From Antedon mediterranea (taxonomy: Eukaryota > Animalia > Echinodermata), in contig NC_092676.1 in NCBI RefSeq assembly GCF_964355755.1, forward strand, positions 2,919,788-2,983,787: a stretch of DNA of 64,000 nucleotides. The letters run 5' to 3'. Of the stretch, positions 11,214 through 24,029 are shown piece by piece (position 1 is the stretch's first letter; each line of letters begins with the position of its first letter). The position numbers and the translations under genes are program-made. The notes beneath the pieces are model-generated. The model was not told the origin of the DNA, made no database searches, and was given only the letters and a program-made list of their open reading frames with translations.

Positions 11214-14200
11214 AGGCCAGACATAGACAATTGTAACATTATAATAATATTTAGTTTGTAATAAAATTAATTTTGGAATACATCAAATTGACATTGAAGT
11301 AATGCATGGACAGACACCAAAAATACACTAAAAGGAAGAGGTATGTCAACTTCAAATTGTAATTTCATGGAAACAAAGAAAAAAACCCCTCCAATTTTTT
11401 TATATGTTGTAGTTGACACGTAGGGCTACATTTTTCATGATAGTCACCAACAAAACGGGCGTGTTCCACGGGGTCAATTTCAAGGTCAAAATATATGTCA
11501 AAGTTTTATTCAACTTAAAATTAACATAAAACACACACAATTAGTATATTTAGATTCCTTATGGTCTCCCCTTTACAAAAATACCTTTGCTTTTAAAATC
11601 GAACCTATAGTTCCCGAGATACAGCTCTTTGAAACGTGGCGGACGCGCCCTTTTTTGCGTAAAAACCGAAAATTGAAATTGCGATATCTTGAAAACCGTT
11701 GGTCCGATAAAGTTAAAATTTGAAATTTTGGCTTTAATTGCTATGAATCACCTATATACCAAATTTCATCAAAATTGGAAGAGGTAGGGTTTAACTCATT
11801 GGGTGATCTGAGATGGAATGACCCCTATGTTAATTTACTGTGTGTTCTAGCCACGAGCAAGAATAGGAAAGGAAGGTTGACCACAATAAAGCAGTAATAA
11901 TGCTGTGTTGTTTTCTGCTCAAATTTTACTGAACATACAACAGAGCCTCTATTAAAAGGATTCACGAGCAAGTGTCCCTTTGATAAGGGTGTCCCAAAAA
12001 TATGGAGGGGTTCTAATTTAGGCCGACTGACACCCCCCCCCCCCCCCGCCTTGAATACCCTATGACAGCTACAATAGAACTCTACCCTTGAGGCACCCCT
12101 AGATACCCATCATTCAGATTTAAATTCTATGCCTGTTTAACACTAATTATTTATTATCTAAACCACTTCAACCACAAAACATATGTTGTTATCTATTTAT
12201 GTATTGTAATGAAAACTCCGGACACTTGGGCCGGCATAAAATGTTTGGCACCTCCAGAAAGCAATTTGAAATAGTACAATTACACTAATAATGAATTCGG
12301 AGAACTGGACAATTCTGATTATTAAGTAATCAGTTCAGTTAATATACATCTTAGTCTAGGTTCTACGGGTAGATGATCAATGATTTGGTTTATTAAAAAA
12401 AAATTGTTGCCACACATGGCATGTCATACAGTTCAAGATACTTAATAATGAATTAATTAATTGATTACTAAAAGGCAACATAAATGAATCATAGATTTTA
12501 TATTAAGTGAAAGCGTTCATAAATGATCAAATACTTCAATGCATTCACTTGTTTTGCTTAAGTCTATTATTCGGGTTAGTAATACAATTGTTACCTTTAG
12601 TAGAATGAAAAGGCTAATTTCGTTTGTTATTAATGAAGCGGTCGCTTCTTACATCAAAGGGAAGAATAAGTTTCCTGTCAACAAATGATAAAAGAAGTTT
12701 AATTTGTGTACTTTAGTTAATTAGGAGTGATGATGATTATTCTCAGAACTGGCTGTTTGTGTATTGGTTGATCTAGAAATCAAAAAGATGCTTAAAGGCT
12801 GCATTGTACGACGAGGCTCGACGAAACGTCTTGACTCATCGTTGCTGTCTGAAAATCCCGACAAGAAGAGTCATCTTGAAATAGCGTAGGACGTAGTTTT
12901 CTCCTGACGAAATTAGTTGGCCTTAAGGCATCAACTACTGATGTGATATGCTGATTTGGTAATTGAGAAAAACCAAAGACCTACTGTAAATCTACCTATA
13001 ATGTTTTAATAGACATTTATAAAGCGCTAAAAGACCAACAAGAATGATTGAAACAGGTGAGATTCTAGAGATGACTTTGAACTGCTTAAGATGACCCTCT
13101 GGCCTAAAAGATTTACATGGACTGACGGATATTGGTGGAGCTACAGTAGTTCCTAACCAATAATTCACTAAAGATTGTACTGAAATGTAGTCATAGACTT
13201 GTGCCAAGTCTCTAGAGTATGTTTGCCGGGTGCCAGGGCTCGCAGAATCCTAAAATATTTGGTTGCCCTTATCATTTTTTTACTTGCCCACTATTTTAAC
13301 TTAATTTTAACGTTTTATACCGCGACTGCACCGCGAAAAAACGTCGGTGAAAAACGCCTATGCTTAATACACTGTGGTGTTTTTTCCGATGGATTTTAAA
13401 GTAGTGAAAACAATTTTTCAAATTTTTTCAATTACACAGTGATGTAGGCCAATCTTTTAAGAACATTTTACAGTAATTTCGGTCACTATGACCTAAGGAA
13501 ATAACGCTCCTACCCTGAAATAAAATGTTATAAAAACTTCAAATCATACTGTACATATATTTTATATATCAATTTTGTTTATACAATTAAAAGGTCATTG
13601 ATACTATGGATTTTTTTTATAAACAATGTTCGTTCCAGATATGAAAAGGTACTACTCTATATGTAAAATAAATATTGAGCTGTCAATTTGCGATAACTAA
13701 ATAAATATGTCATGTTATTTCATTGTGCGCATGCTAAGAAATTTGGATATGTTTCCTCGCTCCTCACCTCAACAAAGCCCAGGCAACGACCGACGACTCA
13801 TAGATTGACCTGAGCTAGCTTGCTCCTAGGTCATCCGTCGTCACAAATTCAAAAGCTTCTTACTAGTGCGTGGGATAATCAATTAGGCCTACACGTTTTG
13901 AGTACAAAATCAAATTATATATAGTATAAATGATTTGACAGAAAATGTGAAATACATCTAAAAATATAAACTGTATATTGAGTATTGTATGGAGAAAAAT
14001 TACCGTATATTTTAAACCAATTGTTATCGACCGAAAATCTGTAAAAGTTTAGAACTGTTAAAATAAATATTAATTTTTTAACGTTTTTTAGAAAATCGGA
14101 AATGTCCCTTTACAAGGCTTCTACTGCCGCGACAAAAGGGAAGAACGTACATACAGTGCATGAAATGGATGGGTGAGGACGGTTTTACCTTCAAATTAAA

Positions 14201-15450
14201 AGAATTGTTCTAAAATCTTGGCAAGATAAACTGTTTATCATCAAGTTATTTTTAAATTCATTCATTTTACTTTTATTTCGGAAACGGACGTCCACATTTA
14301 CAAAATCAATTGCAGATAATAATATATAGAAATCATATTAAACAGGATCATGTCAAAATTATTGTACTGCAGTTACTGCAGAAAGTACATTTTTTACTTC
14401 TATTAAACGTAGTTAATTCAGTACTGTACAAGTACAATCAATTTGACATAGAATTAAAATTTTATTTTTATTTATTTATTTGAACTTACACCTTTAAATC
14501 GGTGGCACTCAATCAATGACAATTGGTGTGCTCTTAAGTAAAAGTTACAAATTCACAAACTTATAAATTAAACAAATATGTAAAAAAAAAAAAAAAATTA
14601 TTATTATTATGAATTTTATACGTAGGAATATGCTTTAAATACTACTAAGTAAAAGTATGGTTGTACCTACTGTACAATATTTTTTTTTTGTGGTTAATAT
14701 GATCATAAGAACATCATATCCAAAATTATCCATGAGTTCGACATCAGGAAAAAAATGAAATAAAAAAAAAAAATTCTAATTTCGGACTCTTTCGTAAACT
14801 TTTAAAAATGTTATCACAACTTATACCCTTTTGAATTTGCTTTAATAAGCGTCTCTAATCAATCATTTCAATGATTTGTTTAAATATGATCTAATATTCA
14901 CAATCAGTATTTGTTTGTGGTAAAAAAAATGACAATATGTCTCCTGACTATTGCTAATCCAAAAAAAACAATTTAAAATATTTGGTTATTTTATTTTTAG
15001 GGCACATCATAATGAAACAACAAATATTTAACAAAAGGTATAGTATAGTTAGGTTGGTTTTGAACAAAAGTAACACATGATTGATAACAAAGACTATTAC
15101 AACATAGTGTAATTTGATAAATTTATGTGGATTTTTTAAGTGTGTTCAATTCCCTAAAGAATAACATTACAACATGTTATGTTATAATAACATACTGGGA
15201 ATTCCCCATATAACTGCAAACGAAAACATTACATAATAAATGTAAAGGAACATTACTTAATTATGTTCTTTCATTATGTTGTTTATTTTTAGTTTTCACT
15301 GTAAATAATTACTATACATTTAAATAATTATATTAAGATTGATTGAATAAAGTTCCTATTTCATTAATAATACTGTATTGTGTACTTTTTGGTTATTTAT
15401 GCATACCATAATTAACATCCAGATTTTCTAATGGAAAGGAAATTTAGTTC

Positions 15451-15595
15451 AAGCTCTGTCTACACTATCAAACTTTATGTGACAAAACAATGTGATGTGA
15501 CCATATGGACACTACCATATTTGGGTAAATCAATACCATATTTGGGTGCATCACTTTTTTTTTTTCAAACTAGTTTGATAGTGTAGACAGAGATT
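15451..15595. mobile_element. MITE family A copy
   Basis: AAGCTCTGTCTACACTATCAAAC ... GTTTGATAGTGTAGACAGAG terminal inverted repeats. Confidence 0.8.
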
Positions 15596-15699
15596 TAGTA
15601 TGTGTTAGTTATCTTTAAAAAATCTACTAAGAAGGGAAAGTTTTTGAAATGTTATCAGAAATGTACTGAATGACAGATTCGGGTTAGAGGGTATTTAAG

Positions 15700-16855
15700 G
15701 TTAGCGGTTAAGAGTGCCTGGTACTCTGATGAAACTTGGTTACAGGGGATAGGGAAATCAAAAGGTTAACATTCTCGCGAGAGAAGGGACTGTTTATCAA
15801 CAAGTAGCCAGTATGGGTCTATTTTTAGCTATCATGAGGAGGCGTTTCTATATGGAAGGTTCAGTTTAAAAGGAATCCAATGCCTCGTTGGCTGTTTTTG
15901 GAGACATAAAAGGGAGAGAGTTAATTCTGCAGATATTAAAGGGACACTCCATGACCTTGCGTTGCCCTTGGCTAAGCCTGACACTGGTTATTAAATTAAT
16001 ATGATAACAAGTTTAATTTATATCATAGGTAGAAGAAGGTTGTTGAATCATAAAAGTAGTAGTGTTAAATCATGGTATACAGTAGCTTGCTTTTAATATG
16101 TCATTTATCTTGTTCCAATTTTCTAAACTAAACTAGTAACTTACAGTACACCTTCCAAATAAAAGATATGCACTTCCTTTGTCCCAAACCAATCTATGCC
16201 CTTGTAACTCCTATTAAGGTTTAATTAACTTTAATCGTTATTCGCAATTAATTATTTAGAGATTGTACTTGATTCAAATTAACTGAGTCACCAACTATAT
16301 TGACCAGAAAAGTCCAATCTGAATGGTAAACTCTAGTCTTAACTCTTCCCTGGTAAAACTAACCAAGCTGGCTAAAAAGTACCTCATAAAACAAGGCAAT
16401 ACTCTGAAAGTCTTTAAAGTTTCAATAAACTAAAATAAAAAGAGACTAACCAGAGAAAATGAGTCCATACTTCTTTCCAATTTGATTGATTCAAAATCAG
16501 AATTAGAAAATGCATCTAGCTATGGAACGGTATAGTAGCATTAATTAGCATGATGGGGCAGTGATAAGCTGTAAACCCCTGCTTCCTAAATGCCAGTGTC
16601 AATCATCCGACCTTGGCTATTGACACTTCTACTTTTTGCCTCATAAAAAAGATTAGTTTCGTAAATGTTGACCACATATTTTACAAATTAAGCTTTCCCT
16701 TCCATAAGCTTAAGATTTTTTATTAAAAATATTTTCATTTTGCTGCTGTACTTCTACCATGCCACCTTCCAGGCTGGTTCTAAAAGCAAATTTATAACTT
16801 CAGTGGGAACTCCCTTTCCTTTGGGATAACATTTTTGTCAAGGCATCTGTTGTTT
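15700..16855 (-). mobile_element. Highly degraded Penelope-like retroelement (RT N-terminal region)
   Basis: Ordered minus-strand motif remnants: RCLDKNVIPK (16848-16818), DKGSA (16183-16169), NRPILA (15823-15806) and PSFIR (15739-15725). The RPI-to-PSFI spacing of ~28 aa is as in Penelope RTs. Many stops and frameshifts. Confidence 0.5.
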
Positions 16856-18338
16856 TTTTTTTCAGTTATACTATCGCAAAAGGTTAAAAAACTTACAAAG
16901 AAAGAACAATATATAATTCAATCATTTTATTTGAAACAAGAGGGAATTTTATCTTGGCATTCTTATTATATCTGTTGAAGTTGACTGCACTTTTAATTGT
17001 CAACCCTTAATTTCCTTACAGACACAAACATAACAACTAAAGCTGACGCAGCCAGTCTTTTTTTTTTCCTCAAAAAGGAGAAAGCCCAAGCATCAGCAAG
17101 CACTATTGAAGGGGAATGAATTTTTGCAATCTGCATTTTTATTAGTATTTTAACGTAGGTCTATAAATAGATTAATAAACATTGCCTCTTTCAATTTGAT
17201 GTATTTTTCTTGTTGTTTTATTGTCTGCCAAGAAAATTGAATTTCCATGGTAAAGTAAACCAATAAAATTACTTGAATCTTGAATTAATGAATGATCGTA
17301 AAAATGTTTTAGGCCGAAAGTTTAAATTTGATTGCTAGAGAGAGAGAGAGCTGGCTTATGCGCTATATAAGAATAAACTATTATTAGCTCTGGCCAGGGA
17401 GATGTAAATTTATTTTACATCTCCCTGCTCTGGCCATGTCGATTATAGGCCTATTTACTGACACTGCTTCTTCTCTGCTGGTTTGAAAAGAGCACAGGAA
17501 AAAGAGGGTTCTTCATACCCTACAAAACCCTCTGGCTACAGGCTTGAAAATTGTATTTCTTTCTCCCGGTTCATGGAAAGTTTATTGACGTTTACCATTC
17601 ACAAATTCTGAAAACAAGTTTCACAATTGTTGTCAAAACATCAAGTTACAAAGTCTAATGTAATTTAATAATGTTAAAACATTACTCATAATTTGTTCAA
17701 GTTTGACATTATATTATGTTAATGAATAAAAAACATGTTTTGTAATATTTGATATAAATAAGGTATTAATAAATAAGGCTGAGCCAAGTCTGAAAACGTG
17801 ATATTATTGTTTTCATGCAATGAGGTAATAGTATTATTTAGGACAACCTGTCATTCATATTGTAAAATACAGTAGAACCGCACTATTATTATTGTATGCT
17901 TATCTATTTTATCACTGATTGTTATCGACTCATTTATTCACCATGTCTTATCCTGAAAACTTGTAGCGTATTTGTAATGTTTGTAGTCTTTAAGATTTGT
18001 AACTGTTTTCATGTTCTTTGTTGTCAGTAGCGCAGTGAGCGTCTTTTTTTAGACGGATGCTTGCGCTTTACAAATTTCCATTATTATTATTATTATCATC
18101 CGCATTACCTAAACAAGCCTTAATAATAGGGGTGTCCCCTGAATACTGTAGCGCTGATCAAAGAGTTCTATGTATTAGAAGTTTGATACTGTAATCATCA
18201 TCATTTCTTGCGTCAAACAATTTAATATCATAATAATACAATTTTTGAATTGAAACAACAACAAAATGTCTTTTGAATTTTATGGAAAAAATAATTTAGC
18301 TACAGTATACTTTTTTAGGTATTTTAGGTCCTATTTGC

Positions 18339-18808
18339 CTATAGGTCCTATAAGTTAGGTAGTCTATAGGTCCTATAAGTTAGGTAGTCTATAGGTCCTA
18401 TAAGTTAGGTAGTCTATAGGTCCTATAAGTTAGGTAGTCTATAGGTCCTATAAGTTACGTAGTCTATAGGTCCTATAAGTTAGGTAGTCTATAGGTCCTA
18501 TAAGTTAGGTAGTCTATAGGTCCTATAAGTTAGGTGGTCTATAGGTCCTATAAGTTAGGTAGTCTATAGGTCCTATAAGTTAGGTAGTCTATAGGTCCTA
18601 TATAAGTTAGGTAGTCTATAGGTCCTATAAGTTAGGTAGTCTATAGGTCCTATAAGTTAGGTAGTCTATAGGTCCTATATAAGTTAGGTAGTCTATAGGT
18701 CCTATAAGTTAGGTAGTCTATAGGTCCTATAAGTTAGGTAGTCTATAGGTCCTATATAAGTTAGGTAGTCTATAGGTCCTATAAGTTAGGTAGTCTATAG
18801 GTCCTATA
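18339..18808. repeat. Tandem repeat, 25-bp unit, ~18 copies
   Basis: Unit CTATAGGTCCTATAAGTTAGGTAGT with occasional +TA variants. Confidence 0.95.
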
Positions 18809-18921
18809 AATAGGGTAGTAGTAGCATATTTAATATCAAGCTTTATATTGTACTTTTTCAAGAAGAATCATTTTAATGTTGGTTGATTTTCTGGTAACTA
18901 TTTAATTTTATCCTCCTCTTT

Positions 18922-19734
18922 AGTCCCGTTTCTGCTGCATAAAAATAACTGATTAAATGACGTTTTAACCCCGAATTGAATGGGTGTTTTTAATCGTTAT
19001 GTTTGCGCTGCCATTTAACCGGTTACTAAGGCTGTGTTTATACAACACCCTAAATTTGAACACGTCTTTAATTTTTAGCGTGTTGCCAGGGCCGAGGTCA
19101 ACCCCACAAAAACCTTGCAGTTATACATTAAATCGTAATACCGTGTTGTACCGTAGTTCATAATCCTAAGTTGTATACTCGCATGCATTATGAATTCATT
19201 TGAGTTTATTAAGGATTTTAATAAAGGATGATTTCGTTTGAAATTTAGTTTATTCAGTTATTGATTTTTTTAATCTGATTTTGAAATTGGAAAAAAAAAT
19301 GTTTTAGAATTAGGATAAAACTATGCTATATTTTGCCAAATTATGCCAACATTTTATTATCGTTAATGTTAAGTACTAAATCGATTAAAATATGCCAAAA
19401 AAGCACAATTATCTACTAGATTTGGTCAACATTTTCACAGCCCATACTTTTATTTAACGAGAGGTCAAAACAATTCCCTGACAACACGCCAACAGCAACC
19501 GGGAATCCACAAAATTTTAGGATTCAGCCAAGTAGCCTTTTTTGCAATTAAAATCTCATTACACGGAATCTCTTCGATGTTACACAACACACTTCTCGTA
19601 GGCGTGTTGAATATGCGTGTAATAGCGTGTTGTATAAACGCGCCCTAAAAAATTGTCCTGTTTCTGTTCCCAAGAAATTAAATTTATTTACAAGGTTATT
19701 AAACCAGTTATTTGTTTGCAGCAGAAACAGGACC
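18922..19734. mobile_element. Non-autonomous TIR element containing a nested element
   Basis: Left GTCCCGTTTCTGCTGCATAAAAATAACTG versus right (reverse complement) GTCCTGTTTCTGCTGCAAACAAATAACTG. TSD not clear. Confidence 0.6.
19030..19645. mobile_element. Harbinger-like non-autonomous element nested in 18922-19734
   Basis: TIRs GGCTGTGTTTATACAACAC / GGGCGCGTTTATACAACAC (16/19 match), with TAA on both flanks (19027-19029, 19646-19648). Confidence 0.6.
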
Positions 19735-20279
19735 CTGGTAACTATTTAACTTGGATCTACAAGTGGAGGTTATAAATCTTCTATTCTGTATATACAGGTT
19801 AACTTTTACAAATGACATACTTATCATCAGGTGTTATTGCATGCACAAAGCAGTTTGCCAAACACCTATTTATTTAGTTAGCAGCAGTGCAGTTAGTGAC
19901 GCTGTGAAATCTATCAACAATTCGTAAATCTTCATCCAAAGATACTAAAGATGTCTATTCTGCTGGGATTACACATCCAGGCTTTCAGATATTAAGTCAC
20001 ATTCCCACTGTTCACTGGATAGTGTAGGATATAAGGATGTATACAAATGATAGGGAACAATGATATCTTTGAAATTCATATTCAGTCGTCCAAACCATAC
20101 CCCCACCCCCAGGGCCTCTACATAGAGTAAATTCCCATTGTTCTTGTTCTACACTTCGCTGTCAGCATATCCGCCCGCAATTGGTCGCAATTTAATTCTT
20201 ACATTTTTAAAGGTTTAAAAAAAAAGTTATTGCAATAGAAATGTTGAAATGTTTAAAAACATTTATATTTTTTTAATTT

Positions 20280-20876
20280 ACACGTGCGTAGCCTGTCACT
20301 TTCGACGTGCTCGTATAACGTAATTTCGAGTTGAAAAGTAAGTCAAGAAAACAGAAATCGGGCAAAAAGAGTGCGCAAAAACATTTAACGCGCTATGCGC
20401 GCGCAAAAATATGCGCACTCATGGCAATGTTGTAAACGCTTAAAATTGCCTGAAATGTATTCTTATTTCATCGAAAATAAATTTTGAACATTTTAAGCGC
20501 GCGTACACATGCGTTACATGCGCTACGCACGTAATTGTATTGCCATATGATGATTTATGCCCTGAAATTTATGAGTACCAAATTTTATTTAATTGTGATT
20601 CATGGTTGTGAATTACAAACGTGATTTCGTTAAATTGTGCGTAGACCGCGTAATTTTTTATTGCGCACCGTGAAAACATAACCACATTGATTCCTGGCCA
20701 TAAGGAATATACTGTGAAAAATTGACCTAGCTAGATTAAACTGATATCAAGATAAGGTCAGAAAGCGATAAAACGCATAGTGATACCGGACCGACAGACA
20801 GACAGACAGACCGACAGACAGACCGACCAACCGACCGACATAGTGAACTATAGAGTCGCTTCCACGCGACTAAAAA
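20280..20876 (-). mobile_element. Helentron-associated (HINE/DINE-1-like) non-autonomous element
   Basis: The minus strand begins TTTTTAGTCGCGTGGAAGCGACTCTATAG (terminal stem-loop), followed by a (GTCG/GTCT)n microsatellite at 20785-20840 and a CpG-rich body. The other end is uncertain. Confidence 0.55.
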
Positions 20877-22177
20877 TTGTAGGGAATGGGACTTAAGGTG
20901 ATAAAGTTAGTTAATGTTTTAGAGGGTAATTGTTGTAGAACTAGAAAGTGGGTTAATCTGTCAAACTGCAGATGTAATAATGTAATATCTTCATTTTCTA
21001 TAAAGAGCCCTTCGAATGTATGAGGGACAATTTATGGTAGTTATCTTTGAAATTAAATTATATACACGACAAAGTTAATTTCTGATATCTCTTTTATCAT
21101 TATTCAAATTGGTCTCAAACGTACAATACGATATTATCATTAACTTTAAAGTTAAAAGAAGCCTGCGTCATTTGCAAAGCTAACAGTGTCACTCAGGAAA
21201 GACATTTCGCATATTGTTATTTAAATGGCCCACTACTAAAGACTGTCATCCTACGCAAAAGGACAACTTTTGTTCCAATAATCGTTAAGATAACAAACTA
21301 AATGTCATATTTAGTATAAAGTGTCGATTGTGCAGAGATTTTTGTAAACAACATTATGCCTACAACTGCACTTTTGAAGTACACTTTTATAGGACACACA
21401 ATAAAAAGGAACTTTTTGTAGTGTTTTTTTGTAGTTAGGCCTATTTGCCATATCATCCACTAATGGTTTTTTGGACAAAATAAATGAAATGACGTGAAAA
21501 TCTTATTGGGTCTGTCTACTCTGCTTCTGTTCGTTCTTCTTCTTATTTGTTTGTCTTTATTCATTTCAATATACCTGTTAACACATGGGTTGCAGGTGGG
21601 TAGATGAGCTATTTTGGATTGTGTAGGCGTTAGGCGTATCTATTCCAACCTGTTATTATGGATTAGATTCTTCAATGGACTTTTGATCAATTGTTGTTGT
21701 ATTGATGCTAAAAGCCAAAGTCAAATTTATTTTGAAAAGGCACAAGAGTTGATAAATCACAATTGTGTAGATGTGTTATTTGAAGATGAGCGGTTTCTTT
21801 GAAAAGAAGTAGGTTTTGGAATATAGACTTCATTTGTGCTCACTCAACCGTAACAACTGGGTTTGTTCAACCATAATGATTTACTAAATTTAACCTGTTG
21901 TCATGGTAATGGTAAAACGTCAAAATGGATGACGTATTCTGAAATAAAATAAATAAAGAAGAGCAGGCGCATGTTGTAAACATGTAAAATAAATTTTATA
22001 TCTTTATTTATAGGATTTTTTATGACAATGGCATGAATTCTAAAACTCTTTTTTTTTTTTACATTTTAAATTAATAATATTTTGCAGACAACTACTATAG
22101 TAAACCTAAATTTAATAAATCTTAATAAATTTCTATATATTATGTATTTTATAAGCAATAACATAAACAAAATCATA

Positions 22178-22250
22178 GTGGCATTGTAGCGTGGTGGTTT
22201 ACATGCTTACTTACCAATCCAAGAGCTCCGGTTCAAATCCAGTGCTATTA
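22178..22250 (+). mobile_element. tRNA-derived SINE head fragment
   Basis: TAGCGTGGTGG A box and GGTTCAAATCC B box without a proper cloverleaf. Related fragments at 27715-27785 (+), 51655-51715 (-) and 61095-61166 (-). Confidence 0.5.
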
Positions 22251-22715
22251 CTGTACCACTGTTATCTGGATATATCACATTTTGTCTCTTATCTACGCAA
22301 AATTTAATTTGTTACTTTCATCTATATTAATAGTAGGAAGACTTCTGGAATCAGTCCGTCAGTGATTTTACAGTGAAAGCTATATTATTGGAGATAGATT
22401 TTTCATCAACTTGTAATGTAACATATAGTAATTATCATAAATGTATATAATTTCTCAAAACAAACAGATTCTCCCTCAAATTACTAAAATCTCAAATTAG
22501 TTTTTTTCTTAACTTAGCTTTACGAAGAGCTTTAAGTATTATCAGGTAGAGAATCTTACTTTATCCTTGGTATTATGTTTTGTTGTTACAATTTATAACG
22601 AAAAATAAATCTTCTTCATGTCATGAAGGTTTATTGGCAAGGTGACAAGCTTCCATATGGCTCTTATGCCAGATATAAGAATTAATCGATGTTATGACAT
22701 AAAACAGCCTTTAAT

Positions 22716-22937
22716 CAGTGGTGTAATGCAGGGGCAATGTCCCTGGTTTAGCACTGCTTATGCTCTTGGCCCCTTGGGTTCTGAGCGCCTATAGCCATTA
22801 CCCCATTTAAATTTTATGACGTATTACAAACGTCCGTGGTTTAGCACTGCTCCCTCCAACACTGTGTAGTTGCATTGGACTGCTCACGCTCTGGGGCCCA
22901 TGGGTTTAGGTGTGAGCGCTCATCCATTACGCCACCG
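22716..22937. mobile_element. hAT-like MITE
   Basis: CAGTGGTGTAATG ... CATTACGCCACCG termini, CTTTAAT duplicated on both flanks. Same family as 27363-27663 and the partial copy at 35447-35606. Confidence 0.6.
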
Positions 22938-24029
22938 CTTTAATTTCTATGACCATATCCATATTATAAAGCATGTTAACCACCCATTTTATTCTGCACA
23001 TGCTCAGAAACATGAACTCTTGAGAATTACCTAATTATCCAATCCTGTGCCTTAGTGGAAAACTGGAACTTTCCAGACGGGAGTTCCAAATCGTTTACTT
23101 TAGTGCTGAACTTGTCAATACAACACAGAAACCTAAAGAAACTAATATCCCACCAACGAAAAAAAATAAATGTTATCTGTACTGTAATATTTATGCTACT
23201 TTTGTAATTTATATGGTGGCAAAAAATGTTTGGCCTACTTTTTATCGCACACAATGTAAAGATGATGTTTATATTTTTGTATGCAAACCAGGATATTGTA
23301 CCAGCTGTGAAATGGCACACTTTCAAAAGTTGAATACGATAAGTATAAATAAGAAAAGATGTTTACATTGTGAGAATTTTATGACTTTAATCTTACTCCT
23401 GAAGTTTAGTAACTTTGGGGTTAATACTGTACACGAGAATTAAAGTGGTCCGTTTTTCGCACGAAAAGGGAACAATTTCTGTTCAAGCCATTAGCTTGTC
23501 AAAGGCCCTGTGAAAAAGTGGTCAGGTTGAAACCTTACCAACCGTATTGGTGGCTACGGCCCTGGGGTAACAATGTGAAGCGAAATTGAACATATATAGA
23601 TAGTATAGTTTCAAATTAATTAAATTTCAGTATATCACCGGGCGGTTTAAAATGAATGTTCTATGCCGGATGTGTTTATATCTAGAATTTACGCAATATA
23701 AATTAATACATTATCATTATTATTATTATTACTATTAAAGAGATAATAAAAGGTTATCTTCTGCATCAAATATTGCACATTAAGTGAATTAAGATTAAAT
23801 ACCTAGCAACTTCTGCAGTTTCCTGGGGATTAAGTGCCAAAAGGAACAAAGCGTCTGGTGTCTTTGTCGTCAACCAAATTAGCAGCTGCGAGATTACAAG
23901 ATAACGTATTGTACTAAGTTGCTTGGCGATATAGTGCCTTTTTTGAACAAAAAACTATTTGTTTTATGCCAAATTTGTGTCTGTATGGCATTAAGAACTC
24001 TTCGATTTTTATTCTCCCTCTTTCCTGCC

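Larger units (their letters stand above)
9293..11824 (+). mobile_element. Sola2-type DNA transposon, internally deleted and SINE-interrupted
   Basis: Long TIRs at 9293-9812 and 11314-11824 starting GGGTCATTCCATCTCAG. 4-bp TSD CTAT at 9289-9292 and 11825-11828. GRG termini, a 4-bp TSD and long TIRs fit Sola2. Confidence 0.85.

Noticed and set aside
12800-12835. Possible hammerhead ribozyme (GACGAGGCTCGACGAAACGTC)
   Set aside because: The core reads ACGACGA rather than CTGANGA, and stems I/II do not form convincingly.
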